The notes: generated by a model not told the origin, from the sequence alone. DNA of 53,649 nt from Octopus bimaculoides (GCF_001194135.2 NC_069001.1:35302939-35356587); one strand, 5' to 3'; numbered from the stretch's first letter, positions 1-12,165 are shown. A program made the numbers and translations.

Positions 1-41
<41 letters not shown>

Positions 42-426
42 TTATCTAATGAAGGTCAGTGTAACAGAAGACATACAGAGGAGGTTAAGTAGATGTTGTA
101 AATGGTGAAGATGTAAGACATTGTGTGGAAGTCTTAGCAGCGAACATTGCCCAGAGCTACGTCTGATGAACATCTTCATGTGAGGAATTGTCCAATATAT
201 TGCCAGAATTGATGACTCATGGTTGAATGCTGTAATGGTTAATGTTTAGAATCATGCCCTCAAGAGATATTATACACACATACGTACATACCTTATATCA
301 TTTATAATTGGCCGGAGTTACAAAGTTGCTCAGGGGCCAGAAGTTTTCATGCGTTGTACTTCAGTCACACAGACAGACACACATGCATCTAAAATATATA
401 TATATGCTTATACATATATGCTTTTA

Positions 427-461
<35 letters not shown>

Positions 462-505
462 GTATATCATCATCATCATTGTTTAATGTCCATTTTAAAC
501 AATGA

Positions 506-540
<35 letters not shown>

Positions 541-960
541 NNNNNNNNNNNNNNNNNNNNNNNNNNNNNNNNNNNNNNNNNNNNNNNNNNNNNNNNNNNN
601 NNNNNNNNNNNNNNNNNNNNNNNNNNNNNNNNNNNNNNNNNNNNNNNNNNNNNNNNNNNNNNNNNNNNNNNNNNNNNNNNNNNNNNNNNNNNNNNNNNNN
701 NNNNNNNNNNNNNNNNNNNNNNNNNNNNNNNNNNNNNNNNNNNNNNNNNNNNNNNNNNNNNNNNNNNNNNNNNNNNNNNNNNNNNNNNNNNNNNNNNNNN
801 NNNNNNNNNNNNNNNNNNNNNNNNNNNNNNNNNNNNNNNNNNNNNNNNNNNNNNNNNNNNNNNNNNNNNNNNNNNNNNNNNNNNNNNNNNNNNNNNNNNN
901 NNNNNNNNNNNNNNNNNNNNNNNNNNNNNNNNNNNNNNNNNNNNNNNNNNNNNNNNNNNN

Positions 961-1041
961 TAATTTAGATCATTTTAAACAGAAACTTTTGTATTCCAGA
1001 ACCAGGAGTTGTCTCAGACAAGTTGGCATCAAAGGGGTTAA
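961..1041 (+). mobile_element. Right end of a TTAA-flanked MITE (piggyBac-like non-autonomous element)
   Basis: TAATTTAGATCATTTTAAACAG...GGCATCAAAGGGG-TTAA matches the right end of the copies at 1139-1344 and 44214-44440; cut off by the N gap. Confidence 0.6.
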
Positions 1042-1138
1042 ACCAATAGATGTAAATTGGAAATAGAACTGAGATAAGTATTATCATTGCTGCTTATTTC
1101 CAGGACAGGGCTAAGTCTTTTGCTAGCATTATATATCG

Positions 1139-1344
1139 ATTGAAATACATTGACTTTGCTTGAATTGATTTTGAAAATAATGAAAAATTTAGCAAAATAA
1201 TTTGGTGATTGTTAATCTGAGGGTGAGAACATAAAATAACATCAAAGTCCAGTGGAAGGTTTTAATTTAGATCAGTTTAAAACAAACGAGTTTGTATCAT
1301 AGAGCCGAGAGTGGTTGCAGGCTGGTTGGTATCAAAAGGGTTAA
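1139..1344 (+). mobile_element. TTAA-flanked MITE, about 200 bp
   Basis: Family core TTTTGAAAATAATGAAAAATTTAG...GGAAGGTTTTAATTTAGATCA...GGTATCAAAAGGG followed by TTAA (1341-1344). Confidence 0.7.
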
Positions 1345-1867
1345 AGTACCGTAACTAAATACTGTAAAGGAATTTGTCTGATGCTGCAGTGGTTCTGTCA
1401 ATTCACTGCCCAAAGACTATTTTCGGTAAACCAGAGAGGGGGAGGCAAAGGTAGGTGAAGGATTGAGGAACAAGAGATAGAGAGAGAGAGAGTAGAAGAG
1501 CAATGGTTTAAGCTGTTGGATATATTGACAAGTGATTGGAAGGACAAAAGTTAAGCATCAAACAGATAGACAGATGTGTGATCAGATAAATCAATGAATG
1601 AGCCGATGATTGCAGGACGACGATGGTGGTGGTGGTGGTGGTATTGGCAGGTTGGGATGGATGATAAGAGGATTGAAAGATCAAAGAGAAAAGCGATAGG
1701 ATAAGCAACTCATATCATTAGCATAGAATGGCCTGTCTGATTTTGATAGTTCTATGGAATGAAAATTGATGGACTCAGTGAGAAGACAGGAAGGTCAACG
1801 AGATAAACTGACAGCAGGAGACCTGAAAGTGCTTGTATATATATGTGTATATATGTATATATATGTG

Positions 1868-1901
<34 letters not shown>

Positions 1902-2099
1902 CAAGCACGGATACATACACGCACCTACTTGTATGTACATGTATGTTTGTGTATCCGTACATATATATATAACTATATGTGTAAATATATTTATATATGT
2001 ATGTGTTTGTGTGAGTACACGTATATTTATACAAACTCATACACACATATATATATGTATGTGTGTGTGTGAGTGTGTCTCTCTCTCCCCCTCTTTCTT

Positions 2100-2134
<35 letters not shown>

Positions 2135-2967
2135 CTCCCTTAGATGGTTGCATAACCTCTAACTTATATCTTGCTTAATATATANNNNNNNNNNNNNNNN
2201 NNNNNNNNNNNNNNNNNNNNNNNNNNNNNNNNNNNNNNNNNNNNNNNNNNNNNNNNNNNNNNNNNNNNNNNNNNNNNNNNNNNNNNNNNNNNNNNNNNNN
2301 NNNNNNNNNNNNNNNNNNNNNNNNNNNNNNNNNNNNNNNNNNNNNNNNNNNNNNNNNNNNNNNNNNNNNNNNNNNNNNNNNNNNNNNNNNNNNNNNNNNN
2401 NNNNNNNNNNNNNNNNNNNNNNNNNNNNNNNNNNNNNNNNNNNNNNNNNNNNNNNNNNNNNNNNNNNNNNNNNNNNNNNNNNNNNNNNNNNNNNNNNNNN
2501 NNNNNNNNNNNNNNNNNNNNNNNNNNNNNNNNNNNNNNNNNNNNNNNNNNNNNNNNNNNNNNNNNNNNNNNNNNNNNNNNTGAGAAATAATAATAAGGCA
2601 GAATGCTAAACTGGAAGCATATTTTAATAAAGATTTCTAACCGGCTTTCGTTGCATAGCAAATTTTCAAGAAGAGGGAGAATGAAAATGTTTTTTACAAA
2701 GAAGTACAAAATGAAGAAAATAATATATAAAAAAAAATAATATAAAAAAAACTAAATATACCAATACATTATATTGTCTTTGAGCTTTTAAAGTTCAATG
2801 GTAAACCATGTATATAATGGTTGGAAAAATAAGGATGCATGAGAATTGAGGGTTGTGTTAGGTTTAAAGAAGGAGCTAAAAGTTTGTGTTAAGCAGGAAG
2901 TGTGGTGTCAAAACAGGAAGTGTGTGTAAGGGGAGACAAATCTTTTTAGTTGGAGTTCATAACATCC

Positions 2968-3393
2968 TTGGAAGACAATGAGCCAAAGTGACCAGAACTG
3001 TAGAATGCAAAGAATTCGATTCTTCATGATGACAGTGCACCCTGTCACCAAGCTCTCCTCACTTGCGACTTTCTCACCAAAGACAACATGGTATTGCTTC
3101 TGTACCGACCATATTTGCCAGATTTGGCACCAGTGAACTTCCATCTCCTCCTTAAGATGAAAACTCAGCTCAAAAGTCACCATTTTAATACCATTGTTGA
3201 GATCCAGAGTGACTTGCAGAAGGTCCTCACTTATGGGAAATATCTTCCAGACCAGATTCCAAAAACGGTAAGAACTCTGAGAGTGGTGTATTGCTTCACA
3301 AAGTGACTATTTGAAAGGAGATGATGTTAAAACTTGTGTAAATAAGTTATTTTTTATTAAACATAAGTAGTCCTGGAACCTTTTGGTTCCACA
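2968..3393 (+). pseudogene. Mariner-family (D,D34D) transposase remnant, C-terminal part plus 3' end
   Basis: Frame from 2968 reads LEDNEPK*PEL*NAKNSILHDDSAPCH...YRPYLPDLAPVNFHLLLKMKTQLKSHHF. This matches mariner HDNA and YSPDLAP motifs with 34 residues between the catalytic positions; the third Asp is Asn and there are in-frame stops. Confidence 0.85.
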
Positions 3394-3450
3394 TTGAATG
3401 TTCTTTTGGTCTTTTACATGTTTCAAGGGTAAGGCTGATGTTGGGTCTCT

Positions 3451-3542
3451 GGTAGATGACACTTGGCTATGGCACCATGCAACGGGACTGAACCCAAAAC
3501 CACTTGCTGAGAAAGCAATCTTCTGAATCACATAGCCATGCC
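3451..3542 (-). mobile_element. SINE family A, 5' (tRNA head) fragment
   Basis: GACACTTGG...GGGACTGAACCC...CACATAGCCA is the reverse complement of the family A head (compare 19380-19471). Confidence 0.65.
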
Positions 3543-3860
3543 TTCATCTACACAATGAACACACACACACACATACACATAGATAGCTAGAAAGATAGAT
3601 AAATAGATAAAGAGAGAGAGGAACAGAGAGATTTAAGTGACAGAGAAAGAGAAATTGAGAGGGAAAGAGAGAGAAAGAGAGACAAAGAGGAAATGAAAGT
3701 CAAGGCAGATTTCAATAAACCCTTATATTAATCCTTAAAAGCTCATCGCTCCCACAGCAAAACCATGTTTATTTAATCACCGATTTAAAAACCGCTTACA
3801 TTTACCAAAATATGCTTATCTCGTAACCTTGCTAAATCTACTTCAGTATTAAACACATAA

Positions 3861-3896
<36 letters not shown>

Positions 3897-3911
3897 NNNN
3901 NNNNNNCATAA

Positions 3912-3945
<34 letters not shown>

Positions 3946-4389
3946 GTATATGTATGTACGTACGTATGTATGTATGTATGTATGTATACTCACCTATTTA
4001 CGGCAGAAGTATATATACTTTTTACAGCAGAAAGTCATCAAGCGTGTACCTGCCAAGGACGATTATTCCTCAGACTTTAGGTAAGGAATATCTCTGATCA
4101 ACCTGTGTCTCTTACTCTCAGGTGGTTGAGAGAGAGGCAGTGACGTCTTCTTCCCTCTCTAATATACATGTTAATACAAGTTTATTGTTTCCCCCCATAA
4201 GCTGCATAGAAGAAATTTTGCTAAGAAATGCAGTTTATGCAACCTGCAATGGATCACATGTAGCATAAACTGCCTACATTAATGTTTTCATTGAATTTGA
4301 TGTTTGTTTTGGCTGTTTGTGTTGAGGGAGTAGGTCTTTTTATATGCACTGTTTAAAAGCCATAATGCAGAGGGTGGGAGTTTTGTACG

Positions 4390-4423
<34 letters not shown>

Positions 4424-4425
4424 TA

Positions 4426-4484
<59 letters not shown>

Positions 4485-5277
4485 GCTTGTATGTATTTAT
4501 TTTTACGTTTGTAAGAACGTGTGTGTGCATGTATGTATGTATATGTATGTGTATGAATATATATGTGTACGTGTATAGATGTGTATATATATGTTGTGTG
4601 TTTGTGTATGCGTGTATATGTATGCCTATAAATCTATATAGGTGTGTGTGAGTGTGTAAGAGTGTAGATGTACATATATATGTGTATGCTTATGTGTATG
4701 TATATGTATTAATGCATGCGTATATGTGACTGTATGCATATATGAATGTGCGCTTGTATGTGTACGTATATATGCATGTGTGCTTGTGCGTATGAATATG
4801 TGTGTGTGTGTGTTTGCTTGTGTGTGTGTTATACATATATGCAGGGTGTGTGTGTAGAGGTGTGAAGGGAAGCGGGGATGTAGGGGAAGACAACTGATGT
4901 TTTGATTACTTCTGTTGATTCCATTTCACAGGTGAAAGTTTATGTCTACATTTGGGAGAATGAAAAAAGAACGAGTGGATAACGAAAGACGTTAAAGAAT
5001 GAATGAGGAAAGAAATAAGATAAAATGTATGAATGAAAAAAATTGGAGGAAATGAAAAGAAACTGAGGGGGGGGGGGGAATAGCTGAATGAATGAATTAA
5101 GAAAGAAAAGAATTAAAGAAGGAAGAAAGAAAAAGAAAGAAAGTGTATATAAATGAAGGAATGGAGAATTTGTTGTTTAGAGCATGAATTATCATGAAAG
5201 TTTGATGGAAAGTACTGCTTATCACCACTTTAATGTGGCTGTCCCCTAAGCGATGATGATACTGCTGTTTAACCCTG

Positions 5278-5753
5278 GATCAACCCCAGGACTTATTCTT
5301 TGTATTTATTCTATCTGCCTCTTTTGCCAAACTGCTAAGTTACAAGGATGTAAACACACCAACATCATCTTCTTTCAGTTTCTTATTTCTTTACTGCCCA
5401 CCAGGGGCTAAACACAGAGGGGACAAACAAGGACAGACAAAGGGATTAAGTCGNNNNNNNNNNCCCCCCCCAGTGCGTAACTGGTACTTATTTAATCGAC
5501 CCCGAAAGGATGAAAGGCAAAGTCGACCTCAGCGGAATTTGAACTCAGAACGTAACGGCAAACGAAATACCACTAAGCATTTCGCCCAGCGTGCTAACGT
5601 TTCTGCCTGCTCGCCGCCTTCTGTCAACCAAATCCACTCACAAGGCTTTGGTCGGCCCGAGATTATAATAGAAGACTCTTGCCCAAGGTACCATGCAGTG
5701 GGACTGAACCCAGAACTGTATGGTTGGTAAGCAAGCTTCTTGGCACACAGCCA
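5278..5753 (-). mobile_element. SINE family A copy split by a nested family M SINE
   Basis: Tail part at 5278-5382 and head part at 5621-5753 join into the family A consensus (CTTTCAGTTTC|GTCTACCAAATCC) once 5383-5620 is removed. Confidence 0.75.
5383..5620 (-). mobile_element. tRNA-derived SINE family M (Meta-domain-like), subfamily with the TTGTGGGCAATAAAG-type tail
   Basis: On the minus strand: B box GAGTTCAAATTCC, central GGTCGACTTTGCCTTTCATCCTTTCGGGGTCGAT..AAGTACCAG, tail nearly identical to 28041-28270. The Meta-domain label is from recall. Confidence 0.8.
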
Positions 5754-6118
5754 TTTTTCCATAGGTTCCCTCTACAATGTATATGTGCCAGAATTTCCGT
5801 ACTTTAGGGAGTGTGCAGTGTTGTATGATAAAATTGCTAATATAGAACTGAACACAAAAAATGGCTCTAAAATCAATTTGTATCTAATTAACATATTTAT
5901 AAGTGTTTCTCTGGGAGTCCCCAGTGGGCTTGCGTAGAAATGTAAGGTTCTGGGGAAGTATAATTGGGAAATGCTGTCATAGATTATATTCTGATATTAC
6001 TGGAAACTCCCTTCTCAACATAGCAGATAAAGCCAAACTTCTATTGTAATATCCCATGATAGTACACACACACGCACACACACACACACACATACACACA
6101 AACATGTATATATATGTA

Positions 6119-6467
6119 TTCTTTTATTCTTTGATTCTTTGATTTGTTTCAGTCATTTGACTGTGGCCATGCTGGGGCACCGCCTAGTACTTATTCTATC
6201 GGACTCTTTTGCCAAACCGCTAAGTTACAGGGACGTAAGCACATCAGCATCAGTTGTCAAGCGATGGTGGAGGGACAAACACACACTCACATATTTATAT
6301 ACGTGACGGGCTTCTTTCAGTTTCCGTCTACCAAATCCATTCACAAGGCTTTGGTCGGCCCAAGGCTATAGTAGAAGACACTTACACAAGGTGTCACACA
6401 GTAGGACTGAACCCAGAACCATGTGGTTGGTAAGCAAGCTACTTACCACAGAGCCCCTCCTGCACCT
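6119..6467 (-). mobile_element. SINE family A, near full length
   Basis: A-box and B-box-like motifs (B box GGTTCAGTCC), CCTTG..AAGTGTCTTCTACTATAGCC core, tail CCAGCATGGCCACAGTCAAATGACTGAAACAA plus (AAAAGAAT)n. Confidence 0.9.
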
Positions 6468-6534
6468 ATACACACACACACACCATGATAGTCTTACTGC
6501 ATTCAGAATTACATTTAAGCTCTACACATACTTT

Positions 6535-6681
6535 AGAAAGAGACCAAAATAATAAGTACTATGCTTACAAAGAATAAGTCCTGGGTGGGGGGGGGCATTT
6601 CTTCGACTAAAACCCTTAATGCAATGCTCCAGCATGGTCACAGTCAGTTAACTGAAACAAGTAGAAGAATAAAAGAATAGT
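6535..6681 (+). mobile_element. SINE family A, 3' tail
   Basis: GCTTACAAAGAATAAGTCCTGGG...GCTCCAGCATGGTCACAGTC..ACTGAAACAAGTAGAAGAATAAAAGAAT. Confidence 0.8.
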
Positions 6682-7107
6682 AAGAATAATAACAATAACA
6701 ACACAAAAGCAGCAACAACATAATAATGATAGTAGTAGTAGTGGTGGTGGTGGTGGTGGTGGTGGTGCATTTGTTGCATCATTACGTTTAATGCATTTTA
6801 GATAAACTGCTGTTGTTTCCTTATTTATGTGATAAGAAATGAAGTGTTGACAATGAGTTCAGTCACCATGAGTCTCATATGCTTTTGATTGATAACGTTT
6901 TGATTAATGACTGCTATCACATAACCTTATATGGCACTCTCTCTAACGCTTTAGCAAGGGTTTTGTCATTATTGTTATTACCTGTTTTTTCCCTGAGAAA
7001 TTCTACCATTAATGTAATATACTTTTTTTATATATTTATTTTTGTTTTTACTTATTTATTAATCATTAATTATAAACTGTTTTTTTTTTTTTTTTGTGGG
7101 GAGGAGA

Positions 7108-7262
7108 GGTGTGCAGCTCTGTATTTTGAGAGGTTTTCTTCAAAACCACATGGTTTCGGGTTCAATCCCACAGTGTGGTACCTTGAGCAAATGTTGTCTA
7201 CTATAACCCGAAACCAGCCAAAGCAACGCAAGATTTGGTAGATGGAAACTGAAAGAAGCCCA
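7108..7262 (+). mobile_element. SINE family A, 5' half
   Basis: AACCACATGGTTTCGGGTTCAATCCCAC...GATTTGGTAGATGGAAACTGAAAGAAGCCC. Confidence 0.75.
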
Positions 7263-7341
7263 TTGTGTGTGTGTGTCATTGTCTTACAAATGGTGTTGCT
7301 TATTTCAAGTTTTCTGTGTAAACATGTCTGGCTGTGAAGAA

Positions 7342-7422
7342 ATATTATCCGGTCCAAGAATTGAAACCGTGATCCTGTGGTTGTGAATGCAGCATCCTTA
7401 CCACTGGGCCACAATGCCTTCA
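7342..7422 (-). mobile_element. tRNA-head fragment of another SINE family (D)
   Basis: Similar to 13905-13969 and 39818-39885; minus strand shows TGGCCCAGTGG (A box) and GGTTTCAATTC (B box). Confidence 0.55.
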
Positions 7423-7488
7423 CCATTTATATAGACATCTGGATAGCATCATTTGTAATTCTTTGCTTGCATCACTAATTCAAAGAAC

Positions 7489-7760
7489 ATGCGGATGATG
7501 ATAATTGTAGCGGTGGTGGTGGCCGCCGTCGTCGTGATGATGGTAATGGTGGTGGTGGTGGTGGTGGCGGTGGTGGTGGTGATGGTAGTGGTTGTGGTGA
7601 TGATAGTAGTAGTGATGGTGGTGGTGATGATGATGATAACAGAGGTGATATTAATACTGATCATGATTGGGACGGTTGCAGTGAAGGTGGTAGTAGCCAT
7701 AACAATTATGAATACGATGATGCTAATGATGATTGTAATAGCAGTGGTGGTGGTGGTGGG
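7489..7760. repeat. Cryptic (GGT/GAT/AGT)n trinucleotide microsatellite; similar tracts at 12950-13195, 17100-17460, 37820-38380, 49575-49710
   Basis: Directly visible; source of the poly-Val/Met/Thr/His ORFs. Confidence 0.9.
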
Positions 7761-8246
7761 GAGTGTACCTATTACAGCTTGTTCTCCCTGCGAATCCCCT
7801 GTGTTCTTTGTCTCTACTGATATATATTCCAACAACACACCTGTTGATCCCTCTACCTGTGCTACTTCAAACTTAATCATATCATTTACCATTTTTTTCC
7901 TCCTTTTTTTTTTTTGATTGATATGATACGTAACTCAACTTTAATCTGCAAGTAGATTAAAGTAAAATGATATATGAGACTGATGCTCAAGGCTAAAGAT
8001 ACCAAGGTGTATATAAATATTTTAAAATTATATTTCCTTAGAAAGAGAAAGATATTGAAATCTATACTGTTTGTATAGACATGTTGTTGAGAAGTTTTTG
8101 TGAGGTTTTGGAGGGTTAAAATAGTTCTTAGAATATGTAATTAACAATATGTGTGTGTGTGTGTGTGTGTGTGTATAAATATGTATGTAGATATACACAT
8201 GTACACACATATACACAAACATATATAAACATGAATATATATATAT

Positions 8247-8422
8247 AAACAATATATGAGTATATGCATATATATGTACATGTATGTATATACCTTCATC
8301 CACATGTACATAACTGGGTACATGACGTGGCAAAAGAGTACCCAGTTATGTATCTATATGTACATGTGGATGAAGGTATATACATACATGTATATATATA
8401 TGCATATACTAATATCTTGTTT
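8247..8422. repeat. Long inverted repeat (foldback) of a Penelope-type microsatellite-associated repeat
   Basis: 8247-8321 is the reverse complement of 8338-8422 apart from a 10-nt bulge and about 3 mismatches; 16-nt loop. Confidence 0.85.
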
Positions 8423-8458
8423 GTATCACGACAGAACGCACGCGTTAACCTTTATACA

Positions 8459-8497
<39 letters not shown>

Positions 8498-10110
8498 TAC
8501 ACATACATACCTGTATATATGAATGCATATATAATAATGTAAAGTTATCTATTAAACTAATATTATAAAGTAATCCACTTAATTTCTAATTATTTTTCTT
8601 TTTTTTTTCTGTTTTCAGGTAAATACATTTTCAAATTAAATTTGAATTTTAATCCACTGAACTTCATCTGAAGGTAAACTTTGAGGAATTTTATTATAGT
8701 AAATTTTACACTTTACAGGTTTCAATGAGTTACTTATGGCTTCTGAAAGAACTTTTACTGTTTCAATGCGCTGCACGGTGTTTTAGGCCATAGCAGAACA
8801 CATACTTGCATACACACACACACACACATACACACACACTGTGTTTACTCATGTATATATTGCACTTTTTTGTAAACTTGATTTTAACTGAAAAAAAAAA
8901 CTGGGGCATGACTTAAAAACCAGGGCAGAATTGGTTTCAAGTTTTAATATGAAGGGATGGTGATTGTGATTGTAGTGGTGATAATGATGGTGATGTATGA
9001 TAATTTGGCAATTCTTATATTCTACACCTTCTCTCCAGTTTCTTCAAGAAATTCCCACCAGTAAAAAAATCACTGCTCTCAATATACATCACCATCTTTT
9101 AGCCATTATAATTTCATCTTCCTTTAAAAAGAAAATGCTTCAAGCACTAACGCTTTAACCATTTTTATTCAAATTTTATCATTTTTCTTGTGTTCTTTTT
9201 CTTTTCTTTATTTTGTTAATAAATCACAAAAAAGGGGATATTGCAAAAATTTGTAAAAAAATCATAATTACTCCACATCTCCCTCTTAATATGTTGTTTT
9301 TTTAATCCAAATTTGCGGTCAGGGGTTTAGTTTAGTGTTTGTTTTATTCCTTTTTTGTGTCTTTTCTAATCCATTCTTGTTGCAAAAAAATAACGGTTTT
9401 CTTCCTTTCTTTAATTCCTTTGATTTTCATTGAAATACAAAAAGCAAAAAAACAAAAATTACAAGAACACTTTTAAACACAAAAGAAATTTGAAAAGAAG
9501 CAAAAGGAAAAATTGAAAAGGAAAAGAAGGAAAACGAGGAAAAAAATAAGAAAAAAATTGGAGGGAAAATCTCCAAGGCACCCTAATTTTACCTTTCCCT
9601 TCATTTTTTTCCTGTTTTTTTTCTTAGGTTAAATAATATTTTTTTGCAGAAGCAAATTAGCCACACCAAAAATATTGATAGCAAACTCTCTCTTGATCCT
9701 ATCATGACAAATTAACAGTTTTAAAACATTGTGGATTTGATTGCTGCAGGCTTCAGAATGTTACGGCTTAAAACAATCAATTTAATCAATGATGCTCGCC
9801 ACAAACCGCTTTACGTTTCCAAAGCATCGTTACTCTTTGAATAAGAACAAAGAATTGCTAATTTACACTTCATTAAATTAGATTAATTCTTTAAAAGGAT
9901 GCTAAAAAATGAAAAAAAAAAATTAAAATAATCAATAAATCTTTGTTTATTTAAAAAAACTTTTTTCTATATCTGTGCAGAGTGCAATGTCCATGTTCAT
10001 TTTTATATATGAGCAGGGAGTGTATACTTTTATATAAATGTGTGTATGTGTGTTTATATATATACATACATGTATGTACGTTTGCATTATATATGCATGT
10101 ATGTATATAT

Positions 10111-10490
10111 GTGGAGGTGTAATGGCCCAGTGGTTAGGGCAGTGAACTCACGGTCGTAGGATTGCAGTTTTGCTTCCCAGACCGGGGAGTGTTGAGTGTT
10201 TATTGAGTGAAAACACCAAAAGCTCAACAAGGCTCTGGCAGGGGGTGGTGGCGAACCCTGCTGTACTCTTTCACCACAACTTTCTCTGTCTTTCTTCCTG
10301 TTTCTGTTGTGCCTGTAATTCAAAGGGTCAGCCTTGTCACACTCTGTATCATGCTGAATCTCCTCAAGAACTACATTAAGGGTACACGTGTCTGTGGAGT
10401 GCTCAGCCACTTGCATGTTAATTTCTTGAGCTGTCCATTCCGTTTATCAGATCAACCAAGATCCTCGTCATCATAACTGATGGAGTGCCA
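10111..10490 (+). mobile_element. tRNA-derived SINE family R (resembles octopus OR-type SINEs), full length
   Basis: A box TGGCCCAGTGG, degenerate B box; colinear with 41385-41775 over about 380 bp. Confidence 0.85.
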
Positions 10491-10548
10491 CAATGTATAT
10501 ATGTATGCATGTGTGCGCGCGTGTATATATATATGTATATAAGTATGC

Positions 10549-10606
<58 letters not shown>

Positions 10607-11238
10607 GTTTAAGTAGCCAGAAGATGGATTTGGTCTTTATCTTTATTTTGTACAATGGTCATTTGGGGCCATCCTGTTACTGGAAGACAATGGATGTGTG
10701 TTGAGCCTTTTTGCGGAATGTCCTGCACAAATGTTTGTTTATAATGATTAAATTTTGGTGCTTGTCACGCATCAAGCGTTGAAGTGATCANNNNNNNNNN
10801 NNNNNNNNNNNNNNNNNNNNNNNNNNNNNNNNNNNNNNNNNNNNNNNNNNNNNNNNNNNNNNNNNNNNNNNNNNNNNNNNNNNNNNNNNNNNNNNNNNNN
10901 NNNNNNNNNNNNNNNNNNNNNNNNNNNNNNNNNNNNNNNNNNNNNNNNNNNNNNNNNNNNNNNNNNNNNNNNNNNNNNNNNNNNNNNNNNNNNNNNNNNN
11001 NNNNNNNNNNNNNNNNNNNNNNNNNNNNNNNNNNNNNNNNNNNNNNNNNNNNNNNNNNNNNNNNNNNNNNNNNNNNNNNNNNNNNNNNNNNNNNNNNNNN
11101 NNNNNNNNNNNNNNNNNNNNNNNNNNNNNNNNNNNNNNNNNNNNNNNNNNNNNNNNNNNNNNNNNNNNNNNNNNNNNNNNNNNNNNNNNNNNNNNNNNNN
11201 NNNNNNNNNNNNNNNNNNNNNNNNNNNNNNNNNNNNNN

Positions 11239-11287
<49 letters not shown>

Positions 11288-11841
11288 ATGTATATATGTA
11301 TGTATGTCTGTATATGTGTAGGTATGTGTGTGTGTGTGCGTGTGTACATATATACCACACACACGTACATACAGTGACAAAAGTGCACACAGAGATTAAT
11401 GTATGTTTTTGTTTCTAGTTCTTAATACAAAGTGGGAAGGTTTAATATTAATTGAAACCATAAACAATTAATCTTCCTAATTTATCTCTTTGTGTGTGTG
11501 TGTGTGTGTGTGTGTATTTGTGTGTGTGATTATCTCTTTTTCTCTGTGTCTGCACACCAATGTGTGTGTGTGTGAGATTTAGTGTTGGAAACTGAACATT
11601 AATATAAAGTAATTAATTTGCTTTCATTTATTTCAGCTTCTTGGAACGTGAGCGTGTGTACTAACGTGTGTGTGTGTGTGTGCATATTATATACGTAAGT
11701 GCTTTATATACATAGATATATAAACACATATATATGCATACAAAAGCCAGTATATATGTATGTGTGTGTATTTGTGTGTGTATATATATATATATATTAT
11801 ATATATGTGTATGTGTATATATATATAAATACAAATGATTG

Positions 11842-11892
<51 letters not shown>

Positions 11893-11907
11893 ATGTATAT
11901 ATATATA

Positions 11908-12120
11908 ATACTCCCCTAACTCTTCGAAACGCCGGTGTTTTAATGGTGGCAGCTGATGAAGGATATGTTCTCTATGTGGCCTGCTTGTTTGTTGTACTTT
12001 GTTTATCATTTTGTCCATGTTCTTTTGCAACGCCATGTACCCAAATATGTATCTATATGTACATGTAGATGAAGGTATGTACATGCATGTACATATATAT
12101 GCATATACTCATATATTGTT

Positions 12121-12122
<2 letters not shown>
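11908..12122 (+). mobile_element. Penelope-like terminal-repeat fragment carrying GAAAC and CTGATGA hammerhead core motifs (copy 1)
   Basis: CTCTTC-GAAA-CGCCGGTGT-T...CAG-CTGATGA-AGG; 3' part homologous to 8247-8422; embedded in (TA)n/(TG)n. The Penelope assignment is an inference. Confidence 0.5.
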
Positions 12123-12164
<42 letters not shown>

Positions 12165-12165
12165 T

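Noticed and set aside
158-200. CTGATGA followed by an ACAT/ATGT hairpin as a possible hammerhead
   Set aside because: It is followed by GAGG rather than GAAA, and no stem I or III can be drawn.
4028-4080. Exon-like segment TTTTTACAG|...QKVIKRVPAKDDYSSDF...|GTAAGG
   Set aside because: No recognisable protein and no partner exons. It lies in a microsatellite-flanked segment (about 3985-4170) that I recall as a dispersed octopus repeat, so the sites are probably cryptic; RNA-seq could overturn this.
5757-6050. Possible degraded LINE ORF2 fragment
   Set aside because: Similarity too weak to support by eye; several stops.
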